Shown piece by piece: positions 13,151 through 27,940 of a DNA stretch of 64,000 nt; position 1 is the stretch's first letter; each line of letters begins with the position of its first letter. The notes beneath the pieces are model-generated. The model saw only the letters and a program-made list of their open reading frames with translations, searched no databases and was not told the DNA's origin. The DNA lies in the NCBI GenBank assembly GCA_951406725.2, contig OX597819.1, positions 26,660,001 to 26,724,000 of the forward strand, in the 5' to 3' direction. Both the position numbers and the translations under genes were made by a program. This stretch comes from Octopus vulgaris. Taxonomy: Eukaryota.

Positions 13151-15589
13151 TCTCTTAAAGGGATTTAACAACAGTGCTGGAGAAACATTTACAAACAAAT
13201 CATAGCTTTTGATGGGATCATTAAATGGCAATCCTAAAAAATCTTTCGAATATATACTCTTGCATATGTTCAACAAGAGTTTGTTTTTGTGTTCCTCTTT
13301 TCTCCAAGGATTAAAGACTTAAAGCTTGTCTATCCCATCTGGTGCTATAGAGGAAATCTTTATGAAAGATTGTTGGATTGCTTCCAGATAAGCGTTGATC
13401 TCGACATTTAGAAGAGCAATAATCAATATGACTATGAAAAGATGACCAACATGAATTTTTTATCACTCTTTTCTCAGAATCCGTAACCACGGTTGTCTAA
13501 AGTGTACCGCCCGCTAAATAATACGCACATAAAATTATGTTTTACTACCCAAATAAAATTCCAGACCTTGTGCATATCAGACTCTGAGATTTCAATTTCT
13601 CCGTGCATTGCGAGTCTAGGTTGATTCTTAGTAACTTTCCCGTATTTTTAATTGTCTACGCTTTGAATTTGATTTTGTAAGCACTGAAACTCTTCTGTAA
13701 GCGTTTGATATCACTTGTAATTTTAAAACAAGATAAGCTAAAATATAAGCTGTTATCTTTGGCAAATCTATAAGCTCCTACATGTTATCTATTCACTTTT
13801 AGATTCTTCTGTTTTAGAATACTATATTATGTTAATTTCTATGTTATAGCACTTATCTTACGAACATGTCTGTATCTTACTTAGATATAAACGTACTGAT
13901 GTTTTCCAAAAGTCCGCAAATCACAGTCAATTCTTTGTCTGTGACAAAAACGTGAAAACTAGGGTTCAGTGCACTAAAACATCTATTTTAAGCAAAATAC
14001 CCACTGCATAGAAAAGTGGAGGTACGTATTTAAATAATTACTAATTTCTTCATACTGAGTAGTTTCATTTTGTAATGAATCTTTGAAGTATACCAGTATC
14101 GAGTAGAGTTTACGATTAATATTTGATAGGATTATTTGGGGATAGGAGCTATATTGGTCAGTAGTTGGAGTGAAGAAAAGAGGAATGGTAGTCTTTACGA
14201 TAGATGATGAAAGACCTCATACACAAGTCACTTGTCTTTGACGGATTATCATGCCTGAATGTTATTCATTTCTTCGTCACTACAAAATTTATTTGTAAAC
14301 AGTGATTGGTTTGCTGGGCTACCGTTGTTACAAACTGATTCAAACATTAGGGTATACATTTTATTTACCCTCATCGAAAAATTATGCACCGTCAAATAAA
14401 CTATATCTTTGGACAGGAACTGCATCGCTGAATGTATGTTTAAGAATTGTACAATGCCAGCCAATACATATTAAATGTATTTCCTATAAATGACAAGTTC
14501 AGTGTTTAGAGATTTCTGTGCGTTTAACAAAAGACAACTAATGAAAGGCCAAATGACAGCGATCACAAATTAGTCTAAAGAATTATGTAAGTCTTTCTTT
14601 CCGATTTTCCAAACATTTCATATTTATTCTTCATTATTGTCAGCACTATCTGCAATACTCATTTCTGCAGAGTATATAAAATTTACATTTAAACCTGAGA
14701 AGTAATGTATTCTTGTTTTGAACATGCTATTTCCTCCATTGATTTAGGCATCACATCGCTATTGTTTGTGAAATGAATAAAAAGGTTAGAAACGAAATCA
14801 ATATCTGTTCGATTAGAATTGTATGCTAGTGAGATGCTTTGGAATCACCTTCTACCAGATTCTTCTTTACTTTTCATTTTGTTTCAGTAAAGAATACTCA
14901 TCCAAATAAAACGTTTATTACGTTTTCTCCTTTGTCTGTGAGATACACAATTAAATATCTTCATACAATTGAGAATATGGTTGATATGTCCACGTTGTCA
15001 GCTAGTAAATGTACTTATAGCGAAAGATGAACATATATAGTGGAAAGTTTCAGGTTAAAATCCATAAATATATATATTTGCTCTTCGATCGAACAGTAAG
15101 TCGCATATTTTTATGCTGAAGTAGAAAGTTTTTACATGAATTGTTTAAAATGGAAACAATTTAATGTAGTTGTCGAGAAATAACTTTTGCCTAGATATGC
15201 TAATCAGGGATCTATATCCATGTTTCTCTCAGGATGAAATTATATTATTCAGAATCGTTAAGACATAACAATATCATGGAAATTATTATTTAAAGGAAAT
15301 CAATACATCTCATTCAAATCACATATGTAGCCGGTTTTTTTTTGTTGTTTTCTTTTTTCTGTTTTTCTCTTTTTTTGCAAGTCTTTCATTACTATCAGAT
15401 AGAGCAGACGTTACTATGTAGTTAAGATTTTTTCTCCACAATCACGGTATATATTGATTTCGATCCTGCTAGATGGCACTTTAAGCATGTTTTATGCCTG
15501 AGTCTGGAGTTGACTAATGCATTGTGAATGGAATTTCATAAACATCACTGCGCCTCTTCTATAAGAATGGCTGTAATCATTCCTGCGCA

Positions 15590-15860
15590 GGCTGGAAATG
15601 TTATGGAAATACCACTCGAACGGTAAAACAAGTTATCGTATTGCTACAGGCAGACATCCCTGTCAGAGTGTTGGACACATCAGAAATCAAGATGGTCGAT
15701 ATCACCCTGGAGAAAAATTCTGCGGTAATTGGGGAATTAATTAACAGGATATGTGGATGGACTTCAATCTTGAAAGTTGGAGAAACAAATGTATGTGTGA
15801 TGGGATTTTCTTTTCGTTGGACTTATAACACACTTAAGGTGCTCGGAACCAGGCAAGAAC
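15590..15860 (+). mobile_element. L1/Tx1-clade reverse transcriptase remnant
   Basis: QADIPVRVLDTSEIKMVDITLEKNSAVIGELINR...WTYNTLKVLG resembles YADDVTVxVxD..EI..V...L..Y..VTGAxIN...W....KILG. Confidence 0.55.
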
Positions 15861-18800
15861 AGGACCTCCAAACTGAGAGAGACTTGGAATATCTACAAGC
15901 CATGTAACCCATCTCACTCAGAAATGGACTGAGCGACAGCTGTCTCAAAAAAGTCAAAATTTTAAGTGGTTAACTAATATATAATTTTGGTGATGTAATA
16001 CCGCCTGTCGATTGTAACATGTCTACAGAGAAAAACTTGGACAACTACATCCTGCCTGTGTGCTTAGTCGACTACAGTCCTGGATCAATCACAGTATAAG
16101 TCTAGATGTTTGGTATTTGCAATGTTGCCACTCTATCGATTATATAATGCGATTGATAAAGTATGTATTATTGCATTCTTTAATGGTCGGTGTCATGAAA
16201 TATGTCTTGAATGATCTTCACAGCGTCGATAAGAAAGGTTTAAATGGTCTCTTCTGGTAGATATTTACATCGGGATTTTTTTAACTATTTTCAAAAAGTT
16301 TTATTTATTTATCTATTTATTTGACTGGCCGTACTTATATATACCCGTTGCTTTTTGCCTGATCGATTTTAAAGCAAAGGGCATAGCCGTAGTAGAGTTA
16401 CAAGCAACTGAGGCGCTCTGAGAAACACTCAGAATAATAAAAGACCCACGACATGCGCATACGTCACTGTCTATATGTTGATGACGTGTACTTTATGTAG
16501 AATAGCTGTTATGTACAAAATTGATCTGGATATCAGCTAAGTAAAACATTACCATAACCCCTTGGTTTGGTAAAGAAGAGCAGGTAGTCTTCTGCCTGAT
16601 GACTATGGCGAAGGGCACGCTTGAAATGTTTGATGACAGGTCATTCCCTCTCGGGCAATAGTATTCTAGTAACGCTTAAATAGTATGCTGATGGCAGCGT
16701 GGCAGTCTCTTCTCTGCAGTAATTTTTTTTAAATGCGGTTGTGCGAAATTAGCGCAACTAAATTGGCTTCCTCCAACTGTGCAATTGTAGATTGGCTACA
16801 AGATCTTAAAGTTAATTCTTACCTGTTGATGGATCAGCGTATACCGGTTGAGTATCGGGAATCAGGTTCCCCGAAATCATCTCCAGAAGTCTCGTTTATT
16901 TTCATGATCCATTATTATTGTTAATTAGTTTTCGTATATTATTATGAAGCACGTGGATTTGATAATGTGTCTGATACTTGATCTTCAAATCAGAAGATCG
17001 ATTGACAAGCCATGTAAAACATTCGAGTGTCTTTAAGGAAATTGTTTTACCTTGCTTTCTTCTAGCTCACTCATATGAAGATCAGTAATAGGGGCAGCTG
17101 GAGTGTAGCGCTGCTACGAATTCACATCCTGTTGACGGTGTAATCTTGTATAGTAGATCGCGCAAAAGCTTTTAAAAATCTGAATAAGTTCCGATCCTGT
17201 GAGATCGTAGACTCGAGGCAGAGATACTGTCATTGATATTTACTGTTATAGATTACTTTACGGCCTTATTACTGTTTATGTTATCGTTTTACTCGTTGTA
17301 AACTCAACCGTTTTTGTTTTTCTTTGTCTTTCTTCTTTTTACTGTCCACAGCATTTTAAGCGCTGAAGATAAGCTAAATTATTGTTAGTGTCGTAAAATG
17401 TCATTATTATTTGAAAACTTTAACAGAGAAATAAAGTAAGCTCCTACGGGGGAAATGGAACAAGTTTATACATCTACATTTTAATTTTAGACATTTTTAA
17501 AACATTCTCTATGACCTTTTTTCCTCGAAAGCTTTCTTTGAAATTTTACATTATCTGTTATATAAATGTTTTAAAAATTCAGTTTTCAAACGCGTTTTCT
17601 TATATATTTTAAGTAGAAATATGACGAAAATATACATTATTATTTTCCTTTTCATTGTTATCGTTGTTGTCGTTATCAGGACCAACATGATCATCATCAT
17701 GATGATGATGATGATCATCATCATCATCATCATCAATGATGTTTGTCTTTTAGGCAAATGCTATCGCAGTGCATTTTAACTTTTGATTTTTATGAAAATA
17801 AATTCTCTATGGAAAAATGCTTATATTAAAATATTGGAAATACTCGTTTTAAAAATAGAGGGATTTGAAAGGTTTTGTAGCACAAAGTCGATACGTTGTG
17901 AACCATTGAAATCCACTAATTTATGTTGTTTATCTTCTGTTTCACGATAAGTATATTGGATTTCAAAAATAGAATTCCTGCTTTCTGTCGTAATGCCTCT
18001 TTTAATTTTTTTTCCTTTTTTTTTTGTCAAAATTTGAAACCGTATTATAAACTACATAATACAGAAACTGATAAGAAACTGTCCGCTTCGTAATTCTCAA
18101 CTTTTGTAATATTTCCAAAGCTAGAATTCTGCATTTACTGATTCTATACAACTTAAAGAAAGGGACACCGGACGCATATATTGTTTTGCCAAAAGATTAC
18201 GCCGTAGAGTAACAGAAGCTGTAGATCCCACATGGGTACCAGCGATGAGAGATTTCAAAACAAGGATGTGATTTCTGAATTCAATCCGGCAGCTAGATTG
18301 CGAGGTGATCTCTTCTTCAAAAGAGCCGAGTCGTGAGTTAAATATATGCTGAAAAAAGAAAGAAAAACATCCATGAATGGATATGTGTATGTAAATATAT
18401 GGGTGTTTGTTTTAAACAAGTATATATGACAGCTTTTTGATTTGATTCGGTTATATAGCTTCTGGTTGATTAACCATTTCTCATTGTACTCAACAAATTA
18501 CTATGGAGATAGATATCATCTAAGAAAACTTAGAAGTTGTGCTCTACAGCGACCGCAATCCAATGACATAACCATTAAAAAATAAAACGTCGGGTACTAA
18601 TTTACGGCTGAAATTCTATATTACGTTGGCGATTTTGCTGGTATTTAAGATTTTTAATTACATTTTTCTGTTGGGTGGCATTTGTTTTTGACCATGTACA
18701 ATAGTACAAAATTAGGAACTTTTTCCTTCCGAACTTAGTGAAAACTATCAATAAATAATAAGAGAATGAAACATATACTAGCAGAAATTTATCGTTGGAA

Positions 18801-19235
18801 CGTACGACCTGCACTCATTTACCTGCTGACTTTATTTTGACAGGCTTCCAGGTCTTATGTATATATGTGAATTTCTATTGACACCTTTCCCAGATTTCCA
18901 AGACAAAAGAGTTCAGACCAGGAAATTAATTTACAACCAGTAGTAGAAGCAAGTAAACACTGGAAAAAATATCCAGTCTTCCTTCTTCAAGGTGGAGAGA
19001 TAAGAATCTAACCAATTCTTATTAAATCCTTATCTCTCTACTCTGAAGAAGGAGTCTAGATTTTTTTTCCTTTTTAAAATTTCATTACTGGTTACAAATT
19101 TTTGGCGAATTTCATCTGCTAACATTCTGAAATAATTCCGAGCTCCCAGAAACAGCGGTCGGATTTGTTATACCATATTTTCTCCTTGCTAATTCTATCA
19201 CTATATGTAATTTGAGTAAGTTGTCTCTCTCTCTC

Positions 19236-19313
<78 letters not shown>

Positions 19314-19317
19314 TGTC

Positions 19318-19399
19318 ACTAAATGCGACTAAGGGTGTGAAGACACCTGCATGGCTAGACATAAGAACTAAAATGCTCTAATGCTTAGTCGCATTTAGT
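19318..19399. repeat. 82-bp element with perfect 16-bp terminal inverted repeats
   Basis: ACTAAATGCGACTAAG (19318-19333) / CTTAGTCGCATTTAGT (19384-19399). Confidence 0.7.
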
Positions 19400-19444
19400 A
19401 AAAACTATATTATTCCCTTGTGGCTGTTTAAATTAATTTATACA

Positions 19445-19508
<64 letters not shown>

Positions 19509-19509
19509 G

Positions 19510-20075
19510 AGTTCAAATTTGCATAAAAGGAAAGACGAAGGCAAGTGTATGAAAAGCAAGAATGTGTATCAGTTTGACGATCGGATAAGTCAGAAGGTAT
19601 TTTACGTTGCAAGCCTACGCTCTTCAACATGTGGTATGGTGATGTGTGGGGTGGGGATGTGAATGTTGGGTGGAGGTGTGCTCTGGACGGGTGGGTGATG
19701 TGGGAGTTGATGTGTTGAGTGGGATGTTGGTAGAAGGGGAATCATTGAAGAGAGAAAGTGGGTAAGTTTGAATAAAGAAAATAGATGTCAGAGCAAGAGA
19801 GGAGAGGAGATGTGTGTATGAGAGAAGAGAGAAGTAGGTGCCAGATGAAGAGAGGAGAGTTCAGCCTGTGTGAGGAAAAGGAGCAAAGAGAGAAGATTAA
19901 TTCTTGTTCATGGCGAAGGCAGGAGTCTCGATGGTCCCTGTGCAAGGACAATCTGAAAACAGACAGGTGTTGTAGTTAATGACCGATAGAGTGGAAATGC
20001 CATGAGACCGAGGTGTCATTGCTGAGTCTGATGTCTCGGAGGTCCTCCATGTACCAGTAAGCCAAGCGGCGTGAG
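19510..20075 (-). mobile_element. Penelope-like element 3' fragment: GIY-YIG C-terminal half, pyrimidine-rich UTR and decayed hammerhead (19598-19630)
   Basis: Minus frame RRLAYWYMEDLRDIRLSNDTSVSWHFHSIGH*LQHLSVF...RHEQELIFSLCSFSSHRLN, then ATGTTGAAGAGCGTAGGCTTGCAACGTAAAA and a tail shared with 4879-5087. Confidence 0.8.
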
Positions 20076-20234
20076 TGAGCATATGCATATAGGCACATGT
20101 ATGTGGGTGTGCGTGCGCACCTGTGTATGTATGTACATACACGCATACACGATTTCTATGAGCGTTTTTACTTTCTCCACTTCGGGTTTTTTCCCTTTAT
20201 TTAACGCTCATTTTCATAGCATTTTTGTTTGTCT

Positions 20235-20288
20235 TAATAACTGACGAGATGCCGGAGCAGATTTCTGCAACGAAATCCGATTAATTGT
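20235..20288 (+). ncRNA. Degenerate PLE-type hammerhead
   Basis: CTGACGA GATGCCGGA gcagat TTCTGCAAC GAAA TCCGATT; stem II has two mismatches and stem I is poor. Confidence 0.5.
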
Positions 20289-20375
20289 CACATATCATAT
20301 TACAGATAAATTATTCCTCTATTTACGTAATATCGAGGTTTCATTCATTCTTTATTTGTCATATTATTACTATTA

Positions 20376-20407
<32 letters not shown>

Positions 20408-20611
20408 GGGGGATAGATAGATAAGTAGATAGGTAAACAATGACGTGTCTCTTGGTTGAATTAATGAATGTCTAAAATTAATTTGGTTCAGTGTTTCTTT
20501 TTGTTAACGTTTTAACAGCTAAAATTTTTTCAGACACTCAGTTAAAATTTGATTAATATGGATTACCTTGATAATCTTGTGTTGTCATAAGTTTTCGTAC
20601 TACGTGTTTAC

Positions 20612-20649
<38 letters not shown>

Positions 20650-20771
20650 GTGTGTATATGCTAATGCAGCAATTGAAACAATTGTTGGATTTTTTAAGGT
20701 GTCATCTAAAATAAAGATAAGATTTTCTTCGTACATATTGACATCATATATATTTATATATTTATATATAA

Positions 20772-21128
20772 GCGCAGGAGTGGCTGTGTGGTAAGTAGCT
20801 TGTTTACCAACCACATGGTTCCGGGTTCAGTCCCACTGCGTGGCACCTTGGGCAGGTGTCTTCTACTATAGCCTCGGGCCGACCAAAGCCTTGTGAGTGT
20901 ATTTTTTAGACGGAAACTGAAAGAAGCCCGTCGTATATATGTGTATATATATGTATGTGCGTGTATGTTTGTGTGTCTGTGTTTATGTCCCCGTCACTTA
21001 GTGGTTCGGCAAAAGAGACCAATAGAATAAGTACTGGGCTTACAAAGAATAAGTCCCGGGGTCGAGTTGCTCGATTAAGGGCGGTGCTCCAGCATGGCTG
21101 CTGTCAAAATGACTGAAACAAGTAAAAA
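20772..21128 (+). mobile_element. SINE family A (tRNA-derived, octopod OK/OR-like)
   Basis: tRNA-like head (TGGCTGTGTGGT, GGTTCAGTCCC), internal TA/TG tract and TGACTGAAACAAGTAAAA tail; multiple copies in the window. Confidence 0.9.
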
Positions 21129-21144
21129 TAATAATGTAAAAAAA

Positions 21145-21202
<58 letters not shown>

Positions 21203-22294
21203 GTGCATGCGTGGATATATGTGTTTATGTATGATTGCATACATATATGGATATGTGTGTGTATACCAAAAGTGAATGGAAAGTAATTGTAGATCGATAA
21301 ACCCGATATTTGAGGCAGTGGCCGGTCGATAAAGCTATACGGGTAAGCATACACTAAGTGTTAATATGTTCTATTCCGTTTCAACATATAATTATACTTA
21401 AGAATATAGGAAGAAATCAAGGGAAACAAAAAAAAAACAACAAAAAAAAAGAACTAAATATTCAAATTGATCTTGAGGAAATGACAATGCTGCGATGAAG
21501 ATGGAAATATTTCGCATCGATCAAAATTTTAGTAAAGTTTTAAGAGTCCGATTCTAGTTTCAGTATATGATAACGTCTTTTGTTAGAAGTCTACAGTAGT
21601 TATACTCTGGAGAAAGAAAATAGATTCAAACTTGAAGTAATATAATACATAAAATGAGAATAATTATCAGGTTTTATCTTTGTATCTTAATATTGATTTT
21701 GTGAAATATTATCTCTCTCTCTCCATCGTGTAAGTATTTTAGCGTTACATAATATAATCTTCCAATAATTCTTTCATGAATATATAGGATATAGCAAGAG
21801 ACAAACACATCGGCACGGTGTGAACTAAACCTTTAAATAATTACCAAGAAAATTGAAATAGCGTTTACAACGCGTAAATTTTATGGTGGAATTCCATCTT
21901 AATAAATACTATATTAATAATGCGTAAGGATCACGGCCCCGGTGCAAAGTTGTTCTGAGCAATTGAAAGGCGTTTTGCTGCAAAACTGAAGAACAGTAAG
22001 TTCAAAATGTCAAACTAGAACAAGAAGGATAAATGCTACGAGAATGTTACAAACGAAGCAAGCGACTCGGACGGAGATGTTCAATTCATTTAAATTAGTA
22101 ACAATGCACAATTAACTGGACGATGAAAATAATTTGAATGGACAGCCACAATTCAGTACAAGCGAAGCGATGTGAGAACAATACAGTATCCGAATCACAG
22201 AGCTAGAGAAGAATTGAAGAGTGATGCCGAATTAGACATTTAAACAGGAAAGAAAATCGGTTAAAAGTTGTAATTCTATAAATACACCATAGCT

Positions 22295-22970
<676 letters not shown>

Positions 22971-23694
22971 ACTAGTTAAAATTAACACGCACATACTCTG
23001 AGTGCCATAGATAAGTAGAATATGGGAGTTTTTAAATTACAGAAGGAATGTGCAATATATGCTGCAATTTATCGAGCTAAAGAGAGATTCTTTATGTAGA
23101 TCATCAGCTTGGTAGAAATAGTTGCTAAATTATTTCTAGTCTCACTCAACAGTCTTAGATAAAGCATAGTTGTTGATAGATGAACCATACAGTGTATGTT
23201 AGTGTACCAGCCGTAATCATTCTGTCTGTTCAACCAGAAATAATCTGTTGATATACAAGAAATTTGTATGGCATCACTAAAAATTATTATTCAGAAAAAT
23301 AATTTGATAGAATTCTTAATCGGAAATCACTTCCATTCGACCAATAATGTACTAAGAAACCGCCTGCAATCATCGGACACTGCGTGAAGCACTCGGGTTT
23401 ATCCACCATCTGAATCATAACCTGGGAACCTACGCATGGAAGAACGAACATTTGTCATGTTGCGAAACCTTATTCGGATGTAGTAGAGTTCCTACGCAGC
23501 TGCTGACCTCAGTTAATTGATTACAGAAAGGGATCTGCACTGGCATCTGTCATCATGGCCAACACAAATACTTGTTGTAGACGATACATGATAAGCCTTG
23601 ATCTACAATAAGTACAAAAATACAACTCTGAATTTCGGATTGGAATATCTATATCCTTATTGGTCTAACAGCGGAAGTGAGGAAAAGATATCTT

Positions 23695-24127
23695 CTGTTT
23701 TAGTCATTAAACTGCGGTGATGTTGAGGCACTGCCTTGAAAAATTTCCATCGAACTTATCGACCCCAGTAGTTATTATATTTTTGTTAGGACTGGTATTT
23801 ATTCAATCGAATATCTTTTGTCGAAGCGACAAGTTGGTGATGGGTGACAAGAATATACACAAAGGTCACAGTTTCAAATTAAATTTAAATGTTGAAGTGA
23901 ATCTAACGGTTATTTTTCCGTTTTTTAATGGCTTATAAACACCTGCATTGCTGCATTTGTATATTTTCAATGGCCTTCTTTCAGTTTCCGACAAACAAAT
24001 CCACCTGCAAGGATTTGGTCAGTCAGAGGTAATAGTAGAGTACTGTTGCCCAATGTTCTACGCAGCGGGAGACTGAATCCGGAGGCATGTATTTGGGAGG
24101 CAAAGTCCTCACCACACGACCACGCCT
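23695..24127 (-). mobile_element. SINE family A, old degenerate copy
   Basis: TGTTTTAGTCATTAAACTGCGG...TTTCAGTTTCCG...CCACACGACCACGCCTG parallels 31292-31702. Confidence 0.6.
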
Positions 24128-25290
24128 GAAAATCGTCGGAAGCCACTGATAAGGCAAGGCATTACCTATAGCTCAAGTCAAAGTAAATGATAAAAATATC
24201 TGGCCCACAGTTGCAAATCTCACAAGAATCCTTAATCAAGGCTGTTGATACAAGAGCTTGGTTCTTACCTGTTTGCCCACTTTCTTTGCATTATTGACCT
24301 TCCGCTGCACTGCTAGTTCTTTTTCTTAATTTTTGTGTAGAAAGAGGTGTCTTTACCTAAACATGGAGAATTACACTATTTAAGTGAACAAAACTATGTT
24401 CATGTAGAGCGAACCCACACAAAGAAAGATTATAATATTTTTAATGATTTCTTAAGTAATAAATTAAATTATATTTCTTCTAAAGTTGAAAATCAGAAAA
24501 ATACAACTGAGTGGCTGTGTCCAATTTCGCACTTTAACTTGGAGACTTTTGTTCTAAGGAGTTTGATCCAAAGTGGAGGGCTGTCCTAGGAGGGGTTTCT
24601 CTGGACCCCTACCGATATATGTTACCGTGACCGTACCTTGTCTTATACCATTAACTACAACACCAATCTGCAGACGCATCGGCACTTTCTCTCCTCCAAC
24701 TTCGTCCTGGGCATATGCTTTTATATTCCCACCCACTGTGAATGGACTTCTTCGATCTTTGCTTCTAAGGGAACACGCCGTGTTTTTTTTTTTTATTTTA
24801 AACCTAAAGATATGTCACTTTTCACGAGTTGCATTCATTATGGCAACAACCCAGCTCCATACGTCTTAGTTTGTCCAAACGTTGCTGATACGCACTGAAT
24901 ATCAATTTTCTGTTACCTGGAAGTCGTAAACCTGTGGCAACAAGACACTCGCTCAAGGCACCGCGCAGTACGATCGAATTCGGGACCAAGTAGTTCTTAG
25001 AGAAAGCGTTGATCAACGGCTTTCCATGCTTTGTATTAAACTTTAGAAAATGGGAATTAATATTGTTAATCGTATTATCAACAAAACTACTGATAATATA
25101 CATATTTTTAGATTAAGCTTATACGTAATATGCAAGACTCTTTAGAGTATTCAAAAATGGCATGTGGTATTTAGTTGCTGCTCTTTACCGTCTGAATTCA
25201 AATCTCTTGTTCAATTTTGTCGTTCAAACTATCGAGTTGATAAATATCACGTTTAAAAGGAAATCTATCTATCTATCTAGCTAGCTAGCT

Positions 25291-25348
<58 letters not shown>

Positions 25349-25613
25349 ATTTGTTTTTGGCTTACAACGCTAACAAAAATAAGTGTTTTTATTGTTCTTT
25401 ATACCTTTGGTAATGTAATTTAAATTTGCTTTTTCGTTTGTCAAATCGTGATTATGTTGATTGAATGAAAATTTTTACGGTTGGAATAAAATTAATTGTA
25501 GGCAGGAAATTGGTACAATCTTTCAATTATAGGGAAAAAGTATTTTCCTGACAATCAGCACTGTTAAGTTCGAATCCATATGATGTCAAATTTACTTTTC
25601 ATTAATTCCAGGG

Positions 25614-25645
<32 letters not shown>

Positions 25646-26136
25646 CATACATATACATACATATATATATTCCGGCAATCCTGATATTTCACAAAATGAA
25701 TTTTCCCCAATGTATTAAAAATTTGCTTCGATAATCCGAAGCATATCTAAAACTTAATGTGTTTATAGCAGAAAGGTTTCATATCAAACATCTTAATATT
25801 TAATCGTAAGAAAATTTTGGGTGAAAATCTGGAAACTCTGGAATTTTTCATTGCGCCGCAATGTTTTTCAATGCTAATACACAAGACCGATGCTCCACAC
25901 AAGAATATTGCATTCTTTGTCTCCTATCAAAATCATTTCCTTTAAATAGTGAGCATCTTGAAGAATATCCATTAGAGTATTTTCATATGCTGTGTTTTCA
26001 TATGCTTGTGAGACGCAAGCAGACGTTTATTATTTTGTTTAGCATGAAACTTTGAAAATTAAAGTCAAAAGCCGGGTCTAAAACCGCAACGAGAGTCTGA
26101 GTTACTCGAAATATAAATTTACGCATTATAAAGATT

Positions 26137-26535
26137 TCTGGATCGTTTCGGTTTGAACGGCAGTTTTTCTAGCGGGGTCATATGAAATTGGAACCCAGAA
26201 TCGATCTATTGCATTTCAATCTCTTTTAGGGTTAGGCTTAGTTAGGGTAGGGTTAGGGGAAGGCTATCTTTTTTTCTTCACAAATGTAAATAAACTTAAT
26301 CTGTTTCTTAAACGAGGGACATATTCATACGGCACAGAATGCTTTTTAACTCAATAGACGTCACTGATTGGTTGGCATTGTAGAAATTGAAGAAAAAACA
26401 ACAAATATCTTACAGACGGTAGAATGTTCTCAATAAAGCCAAGAGAAAAAGATGCTTTATAAACACATTCTACCAGTATACGAAGTTTAACATAAATTAT
26501 GTTAAAAACTGCCGTTCAAGCCGAAAAGATCCAGA
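26137..26535. mobile_element. MITE with ~31-bp TIRs and internal TTAGGG-like repeats
   Basis: TCTGGATCGTTTCGGTTTGAACGGCAGTTTTT / AAAAACTGCCGTTCAAGCCGAAAAGATCCAGA; TTAGGGTTAGGCTTAGTTAGGGTAGGGTTAGGGG at ~26226-26260. Confidence 0.85.
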
Positions 26536-27100
26536 TATTCTTTCTGAATTACGTTTGTTAAAGTGCTGGAAATATTTAGGGAAGTCATGTTTCTATTTAA
26601 AATCATTTGTATTGCATCACGACGTTTACCTCCGTACGATATCATGGTTACTTTTTGCAGACATTTCATTAAAAAACATTGCCTCGATTCATAATTTTTT
26701 CTTTCTTTCAATAAAATAAATATTCTGAATTAAATAGACACATCACATTCTTGCATTAAAGCTGTGAATAAATTCACCATTAATCTTGACACGATATCCA
26801 ATAGGTCTACTTGATCAGAACTAACCTGGAGCAAGACAACAACACCATCAACAACAACAACATCACGATATTCACAGTAATTATATGAATATAATAACAA
26901 AACGCTGATTCCGAAAAATTACTGCCTGCATCTAAGTCGTCAGGATTGAAAGCCGTTTAACAATGAAAACGTTGGAGTGAATATGTAATGTATGTATGGG
27001 TAGATGAATGAACGAATGGAATTCATCGATCAATGGAAATATATGTGCCGCTTGAAGGGTTTTTTGTAAAATTATTAACTTTTCTTTTTTCTCTTTTCAG

Positions 27101-27145
27101 TGATCTTGACGACATAAATGCTGACTGCTTACATTTAGATATTTG
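27101..27145 (+). CDS. BAIAP3: Internal 45-nt coding exon (phase 2-2) of a BAIAP3/Munc13-4 (Unc13D)/staccato-like gene, C2A domain
   Basis: Long polypyrimidine tract TTTTCTTTTTTCTCTTTTCAG| and donor |GTGAGT. Reads (F)DLDDINADCLHLDI(W), resembling the recalled family motif F[DE]I[DE]D[IV]xTDx[LF]HLDIWDHDD. Confidence 0.78.
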
Positions 27146-27487
27146 GTGAGTAACATTGTAAATATAAAGTTATGCTTTTACGTTTTGCATTTTTCAGTTA
27201 TTATTTATTTCGCTCTTACAATGAATACCGTAACTTTTATTAACTCCCACTGCAACTCTATTTGGTATAGCAATGAATTCTACTGTGGTTGTTTGTGATT
27301 TCAAATGTGTTCCTGGTTATCTATTAATATAATTGACAGTCTATTTGTCACTCTCTTTTTGACAACTCTCTCAAACCAAATCAGATAGCACTGATCTTTT
27401 TTTTTTTTAGCTCCAGTGCAACTATAGAATACTTGTATTTTATCTAGCATATGACATCTAATGCTGAAAATATAACTTTACAATTAT

Positions 27488-27715
27488 TCTTTTACGCTTT
27501 TACTCTTTTACTTGTTTCAGTCATATGACTATAACCATGCTGGAGTACCGCCTTTAGTCGACCAAATCGTCCCCAGGACTTATTCTTTGTAAGCCTAGTG
27601 CTTATTCTATCGGTCTCTTTTGCCGACCCGCTAAGTTACGGGGACGTAAACACACCAGCATCGGTTGTCAAGCGATGCTGGGAGGACAAACACACAAACA
27701 TATGCACAAACACAT

Positions 27716-27788
<73 letters not shown>

Positions 27789-27940
27789 ACTTCTTTCAGT
27801 TTCCGTGTACCAAATCCACTCAGAAGGCTTTGGTCGACCCGAGGCTATAGTAGAAGACACTTTCCCAAAGTGCCACGCTGTGGTACTGGACCCGGAACCA
27901 TGTGGTTAATAAGCAAGCTACGTACCACACAGCTACTCCT
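27488..27940 (-). mobile_element. SINE family A
   Basis: Reverse complement of the 20772-21128 family, with CTTTTA tail repeats. Confidence 0.9.

Noticed and set aside
24573-24869. 98-aa ORF with GCPRRGFSGPLPIY, faintly like the RT motif GVPQGSxLGP
   Set aside because: Similarity is too weak and no YADD motif is recoverable.
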